A DNA stretch of 64,000 nucleotides from assembly GCF_006345805.1 (NCBI RefSeq), contig NC_043008.1, forward strand, positions 20,026,001 to 20,090,000, written 5' to 3'. Every line of letters begins with the position of its first letter. The stretch's first letter is position 1. Both the position numbers and the translations under genes were made by a program. Of the stretch, positions 36,430-50,070 are shown in pieces. The notes under the pieces are model-generated. The model was not told the origin of the DNA and made no database searches. It saw only the letters and a list, made by a program, of their open reading frames with translations. The DNA is from Octopus sinensis. Its lineage: Eukaryota.

Positions 36430-37608
36430 TATTGTGATCGACCCAATTTAAATGAACAGAGTATCATTCTCGTTAAGCATGAGTCGAGTGTTAGGTCGGC
36501 AAAATTTGTGTAGCGCATGGTGAATGTTCAAGAGTCGGCTATATTGATGTTTGCTAAAGTGAGAATAAATGAAACGGCCAGTCGGCGCTCTCTTATTGCT
36601 CAAAGTTCATATCATGTTATTAATCACTCGATGCAATTAACAAGATAATACATCATAGCTACATTGTCAAATATATGAAAATTAGAGTTAGATTCGGGAT
36701 AATCGTTAAGTTGACATTAGGTTATAGTTAAAGGTGGTAATGTTTACTTCCTTGAAACGTTGAAACACGAAGTACACTGTGGTGTTGCTACAGAAAATAT
36801 TAAGAGCACAGTATCCACGTTTATTAAAACCAGATTTCAAAATTGCTAATTATTACGAGAATGTCACCTACAGACACGCACAAGCTAATTGAGCTGCTGT
36901 AGCATCTCGCATTAGTATCTTAAAATATGGACATACAACCTTCGTGGATATTGCTTTAAAACAGGACATCAATCCATCGGAAAATTTAACTTTACAAGTG
37001 CCAAACAATGAAATGTGGAATCTACCAAAGACAACATGTACAGGTGCCTGCCTAACTAAAATGCTTTGATAATTTCACTTTATTGCGTTTTTTTTATTCA
37101 ACGTCGATATGTGAGTTTCTCTGTCAGACTAACTTAAATTTTCCCATTTTATTTCAAGAATCTGAAAAAATATTTGTGAGTAAAATAATGGGTGTATGGC
37201 TGATATAATGTAATATACGGTACACTTTCTTACGAAAATACTTGTAAACTTTTATTGCAGCTAAAAGTGTAAGAAATGAATTGTCAAATCTATGTCTACT
37301 GGAATATGAAATTACATATTAATGGTGCTACGTATTGCAGGCTAATCAGACATAAAATTACATCGCTCCTATATTGCTAACAACAGCAAACTGCATTGCA
37401 AATAGTAAATATTTGCTTTATGATTACTTATAGCAATGAATGTCTGCTAATGAGTTATGGACTGTTGATAGAGCAAATGCTTACGTTATGCTGTTATGAA
37501 CTCCGCTCCTTGTAAGTCCACATTATTATTATACAATTTGCAAATCACATTTGTAATGACAATACGCTAGAGTGAGCAATTATATATACTGATTATGTTA
37601 TTTCAAAT

Positions 37609-38252
37609 TAGGGTGGTGTGCTCGCAGAATCGTTGGCACGCCGGGCGAAATGCTCAGCAGTATTTTGTCTGCCGTTTCGTTCTGAGTTCAAATTCCTCCG
37701 ACGGAGGTTGACTTTGCCTTTCATCCTTTGGGGGTCGATAAATTATGTACCAGTTCCGCACTGGGGTCGATGTAATCGACTTAATCCCTTTGTATGTCCT
37801 TATTTGTTTCCTCTATGTTTTGCCCCTTGTGGGCAATAAAGAAATAAAAATCGTTAGCAGGTCGGGCGAAATGCTTAGCGATATTTCGTCTGCCGCTACG
37901 TTCTGAGTTCAAATTCCGCCGAGGTCGACTTTGTTTTTCATCCTTTCGTGGGGTCGATTAAATAAGTACCATTTAGGCAATGAGATCGATGTAATCGACT
38001 TAATCCCTTTGTCTGTCCTTGTTTGTCCTCTCCATGTTTATCCCCCTGTGGGCAATAAAGAAATAAATACGGTATTTAAAATAAGGGCGGCGAGCTGGCA
38101 GAATCTTTTTTATGTTTTCAGTTAAAATTCTGCCGAGGTCGACTTTGCTTTTGGAGGTCAGTAAAATACGTACCGGTCCAGTACTGGGATGAATTTAAAT
38201 AACTTAAACACTCTCCCAAAATTGTTAGACTTCTGCCAAAATTTGAAATCCG
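37609..38252 (+). mobile_element. Nested SINE family B trimer (B1, B1, B2)
   Basis: Three consecutive bodies; the whole array is flanked by a 15-bp direct repeat tatgttatttcaaat (37594-37608 and 38253-38267). Confidence 0.92.
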
Positions 38253-38659
38253 TATGTTATTTCAAATATCAAAATAGTAACAAATGTTTTCTAGAATTGT
38301 GAGATCAACAATGTTGTAGAGATGTCATGATGGCTCGTCAATGGGAATATTTCATAGAATGTCATGTTGGTTCCTGATATATGCATTTGTCTTCAACATT
38401 ATCACCTTCAACATCAATCTCAATATCATCATTGTCAAGCAAAATTCAATTATCCTCTATCAACTGAAATATAGTGTTTATCAGAGGTTTTGTTCATCAA
38501 CCCTCATAGACTACCAGGCGATCAGAATTTTAAAGAAGTTAGAAGAGTACTTGTGCCAAATTATTAAGATCGAATTGCAATTGGAATTGCCTGTAGTTTT
38601 TGTCCATATAAACGTAGAAGAAGGTTGTATGAAGCGTAGCCATCAAGAAAGTTTATGAA

Positions 38660-39440
38660 ACAGTAAAAATTTCGTACGCTACAAAACTTTAGTGGAAGAG
38701 ATGTGCCATATATTTGATGAACAAAAGTGCTGTCTGATTGGTCTTTGAGCATTTTAAATCCCACATTGGTCTTTAAGAATTTTAAAACAAGCTTTAATAA
38801 ACGCTTACTTGTCCACAACATATTCAAGACAGGTAAAATGATTTCTGAGTCGGTTTTCACTTCGTAGAACATCATGCAAAAATAGTTAATGCCAGAGAAT
38901 TTTAAAATCTTTTGAAAGAACAAGAGGATGCATTTTTTATCGACGAATTTGGGTTTAATATTTGCATAAATATGGTAAAGCTTTGAATATTTCCTTTGGG
39001 GACGGTATCTACGTTGCTTTCGCAAATTGTAAGTTGGTATACGTGGAACTATGAACAAAACATAAGGAAATCTACTGTAAACAAGAAATTCTGTTATACC
39101 TCCTAAAGTTTTATGATTTTATCAAAACATGTTTTTCATTGAATCGATGCAAGATACTTGGGACATTGTACGCTGATTCTGATCAATATTCCTTCACATA
39201 AGAATAACAGCGTTCAACAATGTTTATCAGTTAATTAAATAAAAATACTGTGAGATTCAATTCTTACCTCCTTATGCATCCGGTTCCATCTCTCAACAAT
39301 ATGTTGTTTTCTTTTTGTAAGTGGAAGAATTAGATTTGGTGATATGAACCAAAGAATATTCATGACTTAAATGCAATGATCTACACCTAGACTGCTTTTG
39401 ATTTTCGAAGACGATTCTACTGGATATTTTAAGAAACAAT
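38660..39440 (+). pseudogene. Tc1/IS630-like DDE transposase remnant
   Basis: FFIDEFGFNI (~38935-38965), then FLPPYA (~39260) and ..KWK; many stops and frameshifts. Confidence 0.65.
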
Positions 39441-41355
39441 TGTAATGAACGCATGTTGAAACTGAGGTAATTTATTTTTAACCTATAGTATACACTATGT
39501 AGTTTTGCAGCTGATGATCTGAATATTCCTGCTTATGTAAGGTGAAGCAATATTTATTCAGAATATTTAATATTTTATACAAATCTTTAATATTTATATC
39601 GTTTTACAATTCTGCTACATATTTCCGTGTGTCAATATCTATTCATAAAAAAATCACTCTAGCTTAAAAAGATGATATCAAAATAACGATGACGAAATAA
39701 AGATAGGAGAAAAAGTAACCGAGGCTGATGATAATGAAAACGAAATTTAAAATCACGAAGGTGAAATTTATGATGATGTGGCTGAGGTATATGAGATTGA
39801 ATTTGAATTATTAGACACATTGATTTAAATGTGGTTTTTAATCGGTCATTTAATTGCTAGTAACTGTAGTCATATATCAGATATAAAACTGTTAAAACCT
39901 AATGGTTGACAAAAACTGATACAATTGCATCCATTTATATTTGTAATCAATATTAGTCATCAAATTTTCTTAATTAGCGTTTTTGTATTCTCCACTAAAC
40001 CATTTATGAAACATTTCACTAAAATTGAATTATAAATGGATTTGTTGGTATTTCATTGTTGCTGAGAGACACTGTGACACCGCAATAAAACGTTTTCTAA
40101 CTAAGAAGCGAAAGGGTTTTTCTTTTTACAATATGTTTGATTCAACAATTTATTGGCTGATTATTTGCCTGCTGTGATACAATTATTTTAAAATCAAAAC
40201 TCAGCCTCAATACACACCATTATGTTGCTTTTCATTGCCGTTTCTATTTATCCAACATTACGGAACTATCAGTGGTCATTTGGAGAGGTATAGCTGTCGA
40301 GGTTTCGTTATTAATCTTCTTTAGTATTAGGGATGCTATTTCCAAAGTTCAGTCTACAAACTATCCAGAATCGCTCTTGAATGTTAGATCCCACTTTTTA
40401 TGAACAAAACATCTTCGCTCCTGAAGAAAAATCCATATCTGCTTACTTGCTTCTATTGTAAGCATGTTATAAATCCATGTTCGAGTTGATACGCATTTAT
40501 AAAGCCTTTCGAAAATATAAAAATATAATTACAATTTATTTAGTCACGACATTGTTTGGAGTTGAAAAGATATATTGAGGGTTACAATTTATCCCAGACG
40601 GATACGTGAGGAAATATATTTGTACAGTTGTAATTGGAATGTATAACCTGAAAGAGAAATAAAAAGGAAGTAAAAGTGATACTTTATGAAAGATAATATA
40701 TGTAGATTGTGCATTTGCATTCATATGAAGGGATCCAAATTGAGCAAACATGTAAGATGTCGTTATTAAAAGAGGGCTTATGTGATTATTAGAAGGCTGA
40801 TAAAAATATGATATTAAATGAAAAAATATATTCCAAGGAACATTGGAGTTTTCATATACGACGTTCTGAAGTCAGAGATTCGTTTCATCAAATATTTTCT
40901 CACGCTTCCTTTCCATTTGCAACTTTGCATCCGAAACTCTTTTTGAAAACTAATACTATAAGGATGAACTTCCTCCTCTTCCCTTCCTCGAATAGTGTGT
41001 ATGCTGTGTTTATAATCTTTTCTGAACGTAAATTTCAAACAGTACTTTATTTATTACGTTACTATTTACAAACTTTGACTCTTGTTTAAAAAGCCAGGAA
41101 ATCTTCCTGTATCATTACCAAAATATTTGATCGGTATTTTGCATCAACCTTGACATTTATGAGATTTTAAAGCAGATTTTCATGATACCAAACTAGAGCC
41201 GATTATTATTAATAATTTATAACGTTTTGTAAAAGATTTTAATACTAAAGAAGAAATACACGAGAAGAAAATCGGTAGGAGATTTATATCTAGTAAATGT
41301 GCGAAATTAAGAATAAGAATAAAGACATACTTTTAGGAAATAAACGTATATATAA

Positions 41356-41545
41356 CGCGGCGAGCTGGCATGCTTATTAGCATGGCGGTTAGAATTCTTA
41401 GCGGCATTTCATCCGTCTTAATTTTATGATGCCGAGGTCGACTTTACCGTTTATCATTTCGAGGTGGATGAAATAGGTACCAGTTGAGTTTTGGGGTCTA
41501 TGTAATCGACTAGCCCTTCCCTGCAAAATTGCAGGCACCGTGTCT
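41356..41545 (+). mobile_element. Decayed SINE family B
   Basis: gcggcgagctggca head, gccgaggtcgacttt core, gtaatcgact. Confidence 0.75.
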
Positions 41546-43109
41546 AAAGACGAAAGGTGTAAACAATGTCCTTGGTGTTTACATTCTGAGTGCAAATATT
41601 GCCGGGATCAACTTTAACTTTCATTCTGTCGCTGCTGATAAATATAACTGCGCAAATAAAGATGTTATTGCCCATTATCGTTACGGAAAAGAATGTATTT
41701 TAGCCGAAAGAATATAATGAATATCAATGAAATACAAAACGGCATAACGTCAGATTTCATTCTGCTTGACTATAAATCTAAATATATACATATAAATAAA
41801 CATCAAAAAGTATTAATCTAACATTATTTTGTTTACTCTAAAACCGACGCAAGTAGGGTATCTTCAATAAATATTGTGTGATATTTAAATCTCATGTATA
41901 TTTATGTCTGCTGTCTGGAAAAGGAAACGATTTTCTGAAAGCAGTAAATATATAATATTGTGATATCCGTCATAACATTTAAGGAATAATTTACACATTT
42001 GAACAAAAGTACTTGAAAAAGTGTATGAAAATGGAAATACGATATATATTTTCCTTGTAATTTAATCGTAATTGAAATTAATTATATTTATTCCTTATAA
42101 AATTATTCCTAAGATATACACAAATCACCATTCCAAATATCGTTCTCTGTATTAAAAGAAATGTTGTATATTCTTTCGTGTTTATAGCTTGGATAGGATT
42201 TCAATTATTTGATTCTAATTTTTAAATGAGAAATTCATTTTAAATTTTAATATATTGTGCCTACACTTCAAATATTAATTGTTATGCCACTTATTACTAC
42301 ATTTAAATTCACAGTCACTGCTGCAAAATATTGCAATTAAGAACACAATATATCGATTTACTTCTATTTTTGAAAGTAAATATTTGCTTTAGTTTATATT
42401 TCTTATGGCATATGGAGGCAATTCCTTGTGCCCGACATCGCTGTGTAATGATTTATATTGCAGTACTAGTGCAATAAATAACTTGATATCCTCTCTTTAC
42501 TGTATACTTTTGAATTTCGCTAGAAATGACCTGTACTTTATCATGCTACAATAAATAGCAGAAATACAAATTATGTATCTAACTTCAGTTCAATTTTCTC
42601 TTTTCTAAAAATCTTTCAAATTCCACAATGCTAAACTTGCATAATTTACACTAAAGAAGGATAACAGAGACAGGTACGTGGTATAATTTCAAGCCAAAGA
42701 GAGATGGAAACACCAGATATATAATTAGACCACTATGTATACGCTTCCAACGTAAACAAGAACGAACGAAAATTTCAAAATTAGATAAAGAAGGATAGAA
42801 CGACATTGATTACAAATAAACAACAACAACAACAATATACTCTTCAGTTTTCCTTGCTATCACCAGGAGATTACATTGTTTCTTTCTTCTGTCACTAAAA
42901 TAAGTAACGAGCGGATTTTGAGTTCGATTCCACCCAAAATACCATTCCTCGTGTAGAAGCATCTGTCCAATCTGATTCATAATGATAAAACAGTGTAACA
43001 CGATTTGTTTGTCATTGTGTAGCAACTGTTATTTCCTTGCTTACCCCAGGAAATTATGAAAACCGGCTAATATTCCCTTCAAACTTTGCTTATGTTACAT
43101 TTATTCAAA

Positions 43110-43240
43110 CCCCAAATAACCCCTTTCAACATATATACTATGATGCTCCCCAATACTCCTGCTCATGATTAGAGATGCACATACTGTAGGTCACTGAGAG
43201 ACATGCTTAAGTTGTTATGGTCAAGCCACTGATAAGCAAA
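43110..43240. mobile_element. Family E repeat, decayed
   Basis: Approximate reverse complement of 2345-2490. Confidence 0.55.
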
Positions 43241-45012
43241 TCTGTGGTATCGAGCTGATTATTTGCTATAATGATATTTATTCTTCAGCAACTAAGCGTT
43301 AAATCTGTTATCAAAACAAGTCAGTTTGAAAACATTGATGTCAGGGTCACAAAAGCAAAGTTGGAAGATAATAGTAGTCATATGCTTTGATTTCTAGATA
43401 GAAACTAATAAGAAATAACACCTCCTGAACGAAGACAAAAAAAGAATTGGCTACACAGTGTAATTATATTGAGAGTATGTTTCGTTATAGATCATCGAAA
43501 GCATGCTGTATTGCAGGGGTATATTCATTTTTGCTATTCGAATACCGTTTTCAATACGTTGGCAAAATTCACAGCTTGGTGCTTGATATTCCACAGATAT
43601 GCCACTCTATTCAAGATAATGAGACACAGTAATAGGAAAATGGAAAATGACCAGAATACTTGAAAAAATACGTTTGTGAAAGGCAATATTGCGGTTTATG
43701 ATAGAAAAATAAGAACAGAAACTGACCTGGGCCTGTAAAAATTGACCTCACCAAGAAGGATCTGGTCAATGCAATTGGTTGAGGATTTGGTTTTATTTAT
43801 TTTATCATTTAGTCATAAATGGAGAAAATACGTCTCTAAAGGCCCCATTTTGACAAAGCCTAATTTGTTATATATTGAATGATAAAGAAATAGAGGCCGA
43901 CAATGTTCCTGATTTTCTCTATAATATTCACACATTCGGGTGTTATGAATCATAAGGTGTTATGAATCATAAAAATGGGAGCCTTACGTCAGCTCAGATT
44001 ATTTGTGCTTGTGAAGGTCTTATTGTAATAACACGTGATAATCGATCACGTTTTATTTCACATGTATTTACCGTTGTCCTTCGACTCAAACTTTTAAATT
44101 TTAAATAAGCAAGTATTTTACTGTCAGCAACTTTCATATCTTTGGACAACAGATTCATTCTTATTAATTCATAACATTTCCCTTGCTGCAAAGAAATTAA
44201 AACACAGTGTAAGAATCAAGTGACACATTAGGTAATATATAGGTTTGACTATTATATATCAAAAGCCTTTAGCATAATTGTGAATATGGCAGCTGAAACT
44301 TAGTATAGGAGTGAGTTCAGCATTAATGTATACCAATGGTGCTAGAGTCTTATAGTAGTTAAAGAAGCAGAAGGGTGGCAGACGGTATCTCACCGTTTTT
44401 CAGCACTCAGCCTAACTTTTCTGCATACGAATCTCTCTAGAATGTCACGTTTGACTTATCAACCTAGGTGTATAGTACTGCTTATGAATTCGACTATTTA
44501 CACAGGGGTAGGTTTATAGAATTCAGCAGGTATGATATATGTTGAATTCCGTTCATACAAAGGACGATATGAGAAATATATCTTACTATGCAATATAATA
44601 CTTATAACTCAATCTCCTGTATCGCTCCCCTGTATATCTATCTATCGATCAATTGATCGTTCTATCTACCTTACCTCGTTCTATCTACCTAACGGTCTTC
44701 TGTGTTTGTTTTCGTTCGGTTTGTTGTATGTTTCCACTGCCCTGCTTTTGTTACCAAATTTGCCCCTCCGCAAATCACAAATTTTATTTTGGTTCACGGC
44801 AACAACTGCCTTTCGAAGCGTCATATTGTCGTTAAAAGCTCGAAAATAGGAGTAGATGGACAGCCGACAACTGATGAAGGGTCAATTTTGATGTTACTTG
44901 TGTTGTTGTCCATTTGTTTCTCTCGTTGTTTGCATACCCAAGTTTGTCTTTGTATTTCATGTTGTTTACGTTTTGTGACGTCTTGTACACATATATTCAT
45001 TTATATATATAT

Positions 45013-45046
<34 letters not shown>

Positions 45047-45062
45047 CATATTTATATATACA

Positions 45063-45120
<58 letters not shown>

Positions 45121-45801
45121 CATATTATATATATATATATGGAGAAGAAAGTGAGTGATATAAAGATAACGATTTTTAAATAGATAGTAGCGGACCATTT
45201 TACATCTGCACAAAAAAATGAAAAGAAATATGAGAATTATGATACGAAGAAGTTTGAAGGCATAGGCAATCAAACCATTCATAGTGAACCTAAACTATAT
45301 AGGTTTATAGAATTATAGTTCTTCTACAGTGTCTCAGTTTTTAATCGTAGAATATGTGCAGTAAAAATGAAATCAAGAAACTGACCTATTCACCGTCATT
45401 TGTGTTTTACACAGCCACATTGCATATTTATCGTTACTTTGAATATAATTCAATATTTCGTTTGTAACATTGAGAAAACAGATGACCTGAATACGGTTAG
45501 TAGTTCAAATAATATATGTATGTATAGCTTGTGCGATAATATAGCGACGAATGCCACTCAAGATTTATTACATTGTTAAGTTATTTGGATTTTCTTTGAA
45601 ACTACTTATCAGTTACAGCTGAGCACTTTTTCCTAAGTTAACTTATTTTGGTTTGTTCGTATCTTACCAATATATTTACTTTCATTCTATAGCCAAGTGA
45701 TTTAACACATTAATGTAATATATCTAAATTTAAAAAAAAACATTGTAAAGGTGTAGAGATATACACAAAGTTAGTGGTATTTGTGACAATATCAATGTGA
45801 A

Positions 45802-46219
45802 TACTCTTTTACTCTTTACTCTTTTACTCTTTTACTTGTTTCAGTCATTTGACTGCGGCCATGCTGGAGCACCGCCTTTAGTCGAGCAAATCGACCCCGG
45901 GACATATTCTTTGTAAGCCCAGTACTTATTTTATCGGTCTCTGTTGCCGAACCGCTAAGTGACGGGGTCGTAAACACGCCAGCATCGGTTGTCAAGCAAT
46001 GCTAGGGGGACAAACACAAACACACACATAAATATATATATATATATACATATATACGACAGGTTTCTTTCCGTTTCCGTCTACCAAATCCACTCACAAG
46101 GCATTGGTCGGCCCGGGGCTATAGCAGAAGACACATGCCCAAGATGCCACGCAGTGGGACTGAGCCCGGAACCATGTGGTTGGTTAGCAAGCTACTTACC
46201 ACACAGCCACTCCTGCGCC
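45802..46219 (-). mobile_element. SINE family A, full length with (TACTCTTT)n tail
   Basis: Near-consensus head and body; tandem tail tactcttttactctttactcttttactc. Confidence 0.95.
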
Positions 46220-46440
46220 CATATATATATAATTTCTTTGAAAAAAAGTGATAAGAACCTATTTTATGATAGGTCTTCAAAAGTGGAACTCGAAATAAAT
46301 AATACTGTAAATAATAATATATTAAAAAATAACCTTTGGATGGAAAATATCGAGGACAATCCGTAGATAGGTAAGCAAATCTTCTGAAAACATGAAAGAT
46401 TTCGAAAAGATTTCAAAAACAGCGACGATATTCCGTTCAC

Positions 46441-46819
46441 TAGGTCTGTGGAAAGACCGTTCTTACGATACAAGGATGTTTGCAAAAGGGACATAAAGGC
46501 CTGCGACATTAATATTAGCAACTGGGAAGCAGTTGCCAGTAACCGTGGAGATTGGCGACGTACCGTAAAAGAGGGAACACAAAGGAGTGACAGGGAGAGA
46601 GAGGAGAAATGGAAAGACAAGAAAAGACGTCAACAAGAAACTATGACGTTACAACCAGCCAGGCAAAGTCTTCGCTACATTTCGGCACCTACCAGTGTTT
46701 GTCCAGGATAGGACTACACAGCTACAGCAGGAGATGTATTAGGACATAAAATGTAAAAGTCGGACTAGATTATTTTATGCGCAACTCCATTGCCTCCCGA
46801 GACAAAAAGGATGCCAACA
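46441..46819 (+). mobile_element. 5'-truncated RTE-clade LINE with 11-bp TSD
   Basis: RPFLRYKDVCKRDIKACDINISNWEAVASNRGDWRRTVKEG is the RTE C-terminus; 3' end ...cgagacaaaaaggatgccaacaa; attccgttcac at 46430-46440 and 46820-46830. Confidence 0.9.
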
Positions 46820-47014
46820 ATTCCGTTCACGAAAGGAAAATGTGATGAATCCAATTAAGTGTCATGTGAACTCAGGAATAATATTTTTGTGTAACATTTG
46901 GTAACATGCTAGATAGATACACTGGCCGTTAGGTTGAATGCGAGCGTGCAAGAGAGAGAGAGAGAATAAAAAGGTTGCAGATGACTTCGGCATGAGATAT
47001 TAATATATTTAAAT

Positions 47015-47314
47015 CACCGTGACCGACCAGGCTATCAGATGTTGCTACACATCACTGGTCACAATGCGCCTCGCATTGTTTTTAGCCTTCAAATGACGCC
47101 ACCCCGCTGGCTAAGCGAGCAGGTCGACAGAAGAAAGAGTGAGAGAAAGTTGTGGCGAAAGAGTACAGCAGGGATCGCCGCCACCACCCTGCTGGATCCT
47201 CGTGGAGCTTTAGGTGTTTTCGCTCAATAAACACTCACAAACCCGGTCTGGGAATCGAAATCGCAATCCTACGACCGCGAGTCCGCTGCCCTAACCACTG
47301 GGCCATTGCGCCTC
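47015..47314 (-). mobile_element. SINE family C with 12-bp TSD
   Basis: Reverse-complement homologue of 4472-4783; atatatttaaat at 47003-47014 and 47315-47326. Confidence 0.93.
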
Positions 47315-47529
47315 ATATATTTAAATAGTTGCGAAAAATATATTGCAGAAGTTATACATCAATCAGCTCTCATAATTTTAAGAGAAATAATAAAGTGCAA
47401 CAAATAGACAGCCAGGCTATAATGCCCAAAGTAATAAAACTTGTCGCTTACCAGAAAATTCCTTTGTATTATTTGGGTAAGACTGAAACTGAGATTTAAT
47501 AGACGCTTTGGTGCGTCTGACATACATTT

Positions 47530-47675
47530 TTGTTGCTCAGCACTCTTTGTTCATATAACGCCGAGGTCAACTTTGTGCTTCATCCCTACGGAATCGATAA
47601 ATTATAATGCTGGTCAAGTAACTGAGTTACTTCTCTCCTTAAAATTGCTGGGCTTGTACCAGGATTTGAAAACAT
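47530..47675 (+). mobile_element. SINE family B 3' fragment (B2 tail)
   Basis: gccgaggtcaactttgtgcttcatcc, aaaattgctgggcttgtacca. Confidence 0.65.
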
Positions 47676-47697
47676 TATTTGGGTAACATTATTTTCA

Positions 47698-47765
<68 letters not shown>

Positions 47766-48246
47766 TATTATTATAATAAATATTATTATTATTATTATTA
47801 CTATTATATAAATACTCGCAGCTTATTTTGCTGGGTATGATGGAAACTGTCAGCTGTCCACAGACAGTAGACTAAGGTGACACTTGTCTACTGGTCATGC
47901 TTCAAGAACCCTGCCAAGAATTCTTGCGGTTCCAAGCAATGCAGATGTTTGTAGGGGTTCCAATCTTTTTCAACCATGTTCATAGTTAAGTGCTGATATT
48001 TCCAAGTACACCAATTACTATAGGTATCACGTGTACTCTCTTCATTGATCACAACCTTCGTATTTCCCACTTCAAATTGTCAATGCTGTTTATTTTTTCT
48101 TCTTTCACATTGATCCTGTTGTCACCGGGGCATGTTATGTCAATTATAATTCATGTTCTTTCTTTTTTATTCACCACAAGAATGTCCGGTTTCTGATGCC
48201 TGGTCTGGTGATAGCACTTGAGCATTGCATCCACAGGATTTTGGAA

Positions 48247-48657
48247 TACTCTCTCTTTTACTCTTTTACTTGTTTCAGTCATTTGACTGCGGCCATGCTG
48301 GAGCACCGCCTTTAATCGAGCAACTCGACCAGGGACTTATTCTATTGTAAGCCCAGTACTTATTCTATCGGTCTCTTTTGCCGAACCGCTAAGTAACGGG
48401 GACATCAACACACCAGCATCGGTTGTCAAGCAATGCTAGGGGGACAAACACAGACGCACAAACACACACGCATATATATATATATACATATATACGACGG
48501 GCTACTTTCCTTTTCCGTCTACCAAATCCACTCACAAGGATTTGGTCGGCCCGAGACTATAGTAGAAGACACTTGCCCAAGGTGCCACGCAGTGGGACTG
48601 AACCCGGAACCATGTGGTTGGTAAACAAGCTACTTACCAAACAGCCACTCCTGCGCC
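48247..48657 (-). mobile_element. SINE family A inserted into the Dong-like LINE
   Basis: A full copy splits the LINE reading frame between ..TANE and KILWD-like sequence. Confidence 0.93.
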
Positions 48658-49100
48658 TTTCATTTGCTGTGACTCTTTCTGGAGTTTTCTTATGCCGCGT
48701 CTTTGCTGTTTGTCGGTTGTGGTTTCCACAGATTTCCCAATGGATCATTTTTGCCACATTGTCATGGCATCTTTTGTATTCGCGTTGTGCCAATTTCAGG
48801 CATTCGCTAATGACGTGCCATACCATTTCACTCCTCTCACCACACATTCTGCATTTGTCGCTATCGGTAGTGTTGTCTATTCTGCATTTCATATAATTGG
48901 TCCTTAACGCTTGTTCCTGAGCTGCATATGTGAGTGTTTCAGTCTCTATCTTCAGATCATTCCTCCTCCTCCATAGCCCACTGGATCTCTGTATCTGTCT
49001 TGGCGTTCACATCTTTTGCAAACTGACCGTAATTTTTCTTCTTTCAATGTTCTTACTTTTTTGTTTATTTCTTGTTTAAATTTTTCTTTAGTTACACAAT

Positions 49101-49130
49101 CGTCATCATCATCATCATTATCATCATCAT

Positions 49131-49167
<37 letters not shown>

Positions 49168-49207
49168 GGTGATGGTGGTGGTGATGGTGCTGGTGGTGGT
49201 GATGCTG

Positions 49208-49261
<54 letters not shown>
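49101..49261. repeat. (TCA)n/(TAG)n/(TGG)n compound trinucleotide microsatellite
   Basis: Directly visible. Confidence 0.95.
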
Positions 49262-49730
49262 CATTTGTTCGTGGTAGCCGTTATCTCTTTTCTGATTAAC
49301 GCCACTAAATCAGGAACTATGTAATGCTTCTTAGAAAACTTTTGCGTCAAAAGGATTGACAGTTACTACTGAGGTAATGAATAATCCATTAATATTAATT
49401 AAACAGATTAAGAAATATCAAATATCAAAATCATTTCTGAGGCTTAATCTCTTTATCCAACGTTATATTGTGATTTTGAATTCGCAATTATTAGATGATC
49501 ATTGATAACAACCTTTAACTGAGGACGTCGCACCTTGCTCCCAAAGTAACATAAATTTCAACAGATACATATTAAATCTAATATCTAAATGGACAGTAAT
49601 GACAATTAATCAATAACCTTCTCTTTCAAATATTAACAGAGTCTATGTGTATATGAATGTAAATAGCTAAATTCAGTACAACTGCAGCATGTGTGGGTAC
49701 AGAGTTATTATTTCACAATACAAGGCCGTA

Positions 49731-50070
49731 AAGTGGTGCGCTGGTCAAAATGCTTAGTCGCATTTCATCTGGCTTTACGTTCTGAGTTCAAATTTCGCCG
49801 AGTCAATTTTGCTTTTGATCGTTTCGGAATTGATCAAATAAATACCAGTTGATCCATGGTGTCGATGTAATCTTGAAGCTCCTCACCCAGTTTCAGGCCT
49901 TCTCTCTGTAGTAGAAGTGATTATTTCGAAATGCAAAAAAGTTTGCGAGGCGTACAAAGTGCTTCAATCCGGTTCTTTACGTTCTCAGTTCAAATTCCAC
50001 GGAATTCAAGTTTGCCTTTCAATTCTCCGAGATTGATACGATTAAGTATTAATCAGGTACTAACTTAAAT
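49731..50070 (+). mobile_element. Two decayed SINE family B fragments in tandem
   Basis: cgttctgagttcaaatttcgccgag (~49778) and cgttctcagttcaaattccacgg (~49980). Confidence 0.65.

Larger units (their letters stand above)
47698..49350 (-). pseudogene. R4/Dong-clade LINE 3' part (CCHC + RLE) ending in a (TAA)n tract; interrupted by a SINE-A and a trinucleotide microsatellite
   Basis: ETLTYAAQEQALR, KCRMCGERSEMVWHVISECLKLAQREYKRCHDNVAKMIHWEIC, HQKPDILVVNKKER..IIDI; (TTA)n on the plus strand at 47698-47808. Confidence 0.88.

Noticed and set aside
37609-38252. Regularly recurring gtcgac/gtcgat palindromic motifs resembling a CRISPR array
   Set aside because: The spacing and intervening sequence are those of repeated SINE-B monomers, not unique spacers; the context is eukaryotic with no cas genes.
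40050-41150. Possible hAT/ZMYM-like transposase debris on the minus strand
   Set aside because: Only vague resemblance; no diagnostic motif or TIR found.
42430-42485. attgcagtact...gtgcaat, reminiscent of the U2 snRNA 3' stem
   Set aside because: The match is under 15 nt, with no U2 5' region or Sm site context.
44838-44885. GAAA ... CTGATGA hammerhead half-motifs
   Set aside because: No GAAA follows CUGAUGA, and I could not build stems I and III for a permuted topology.
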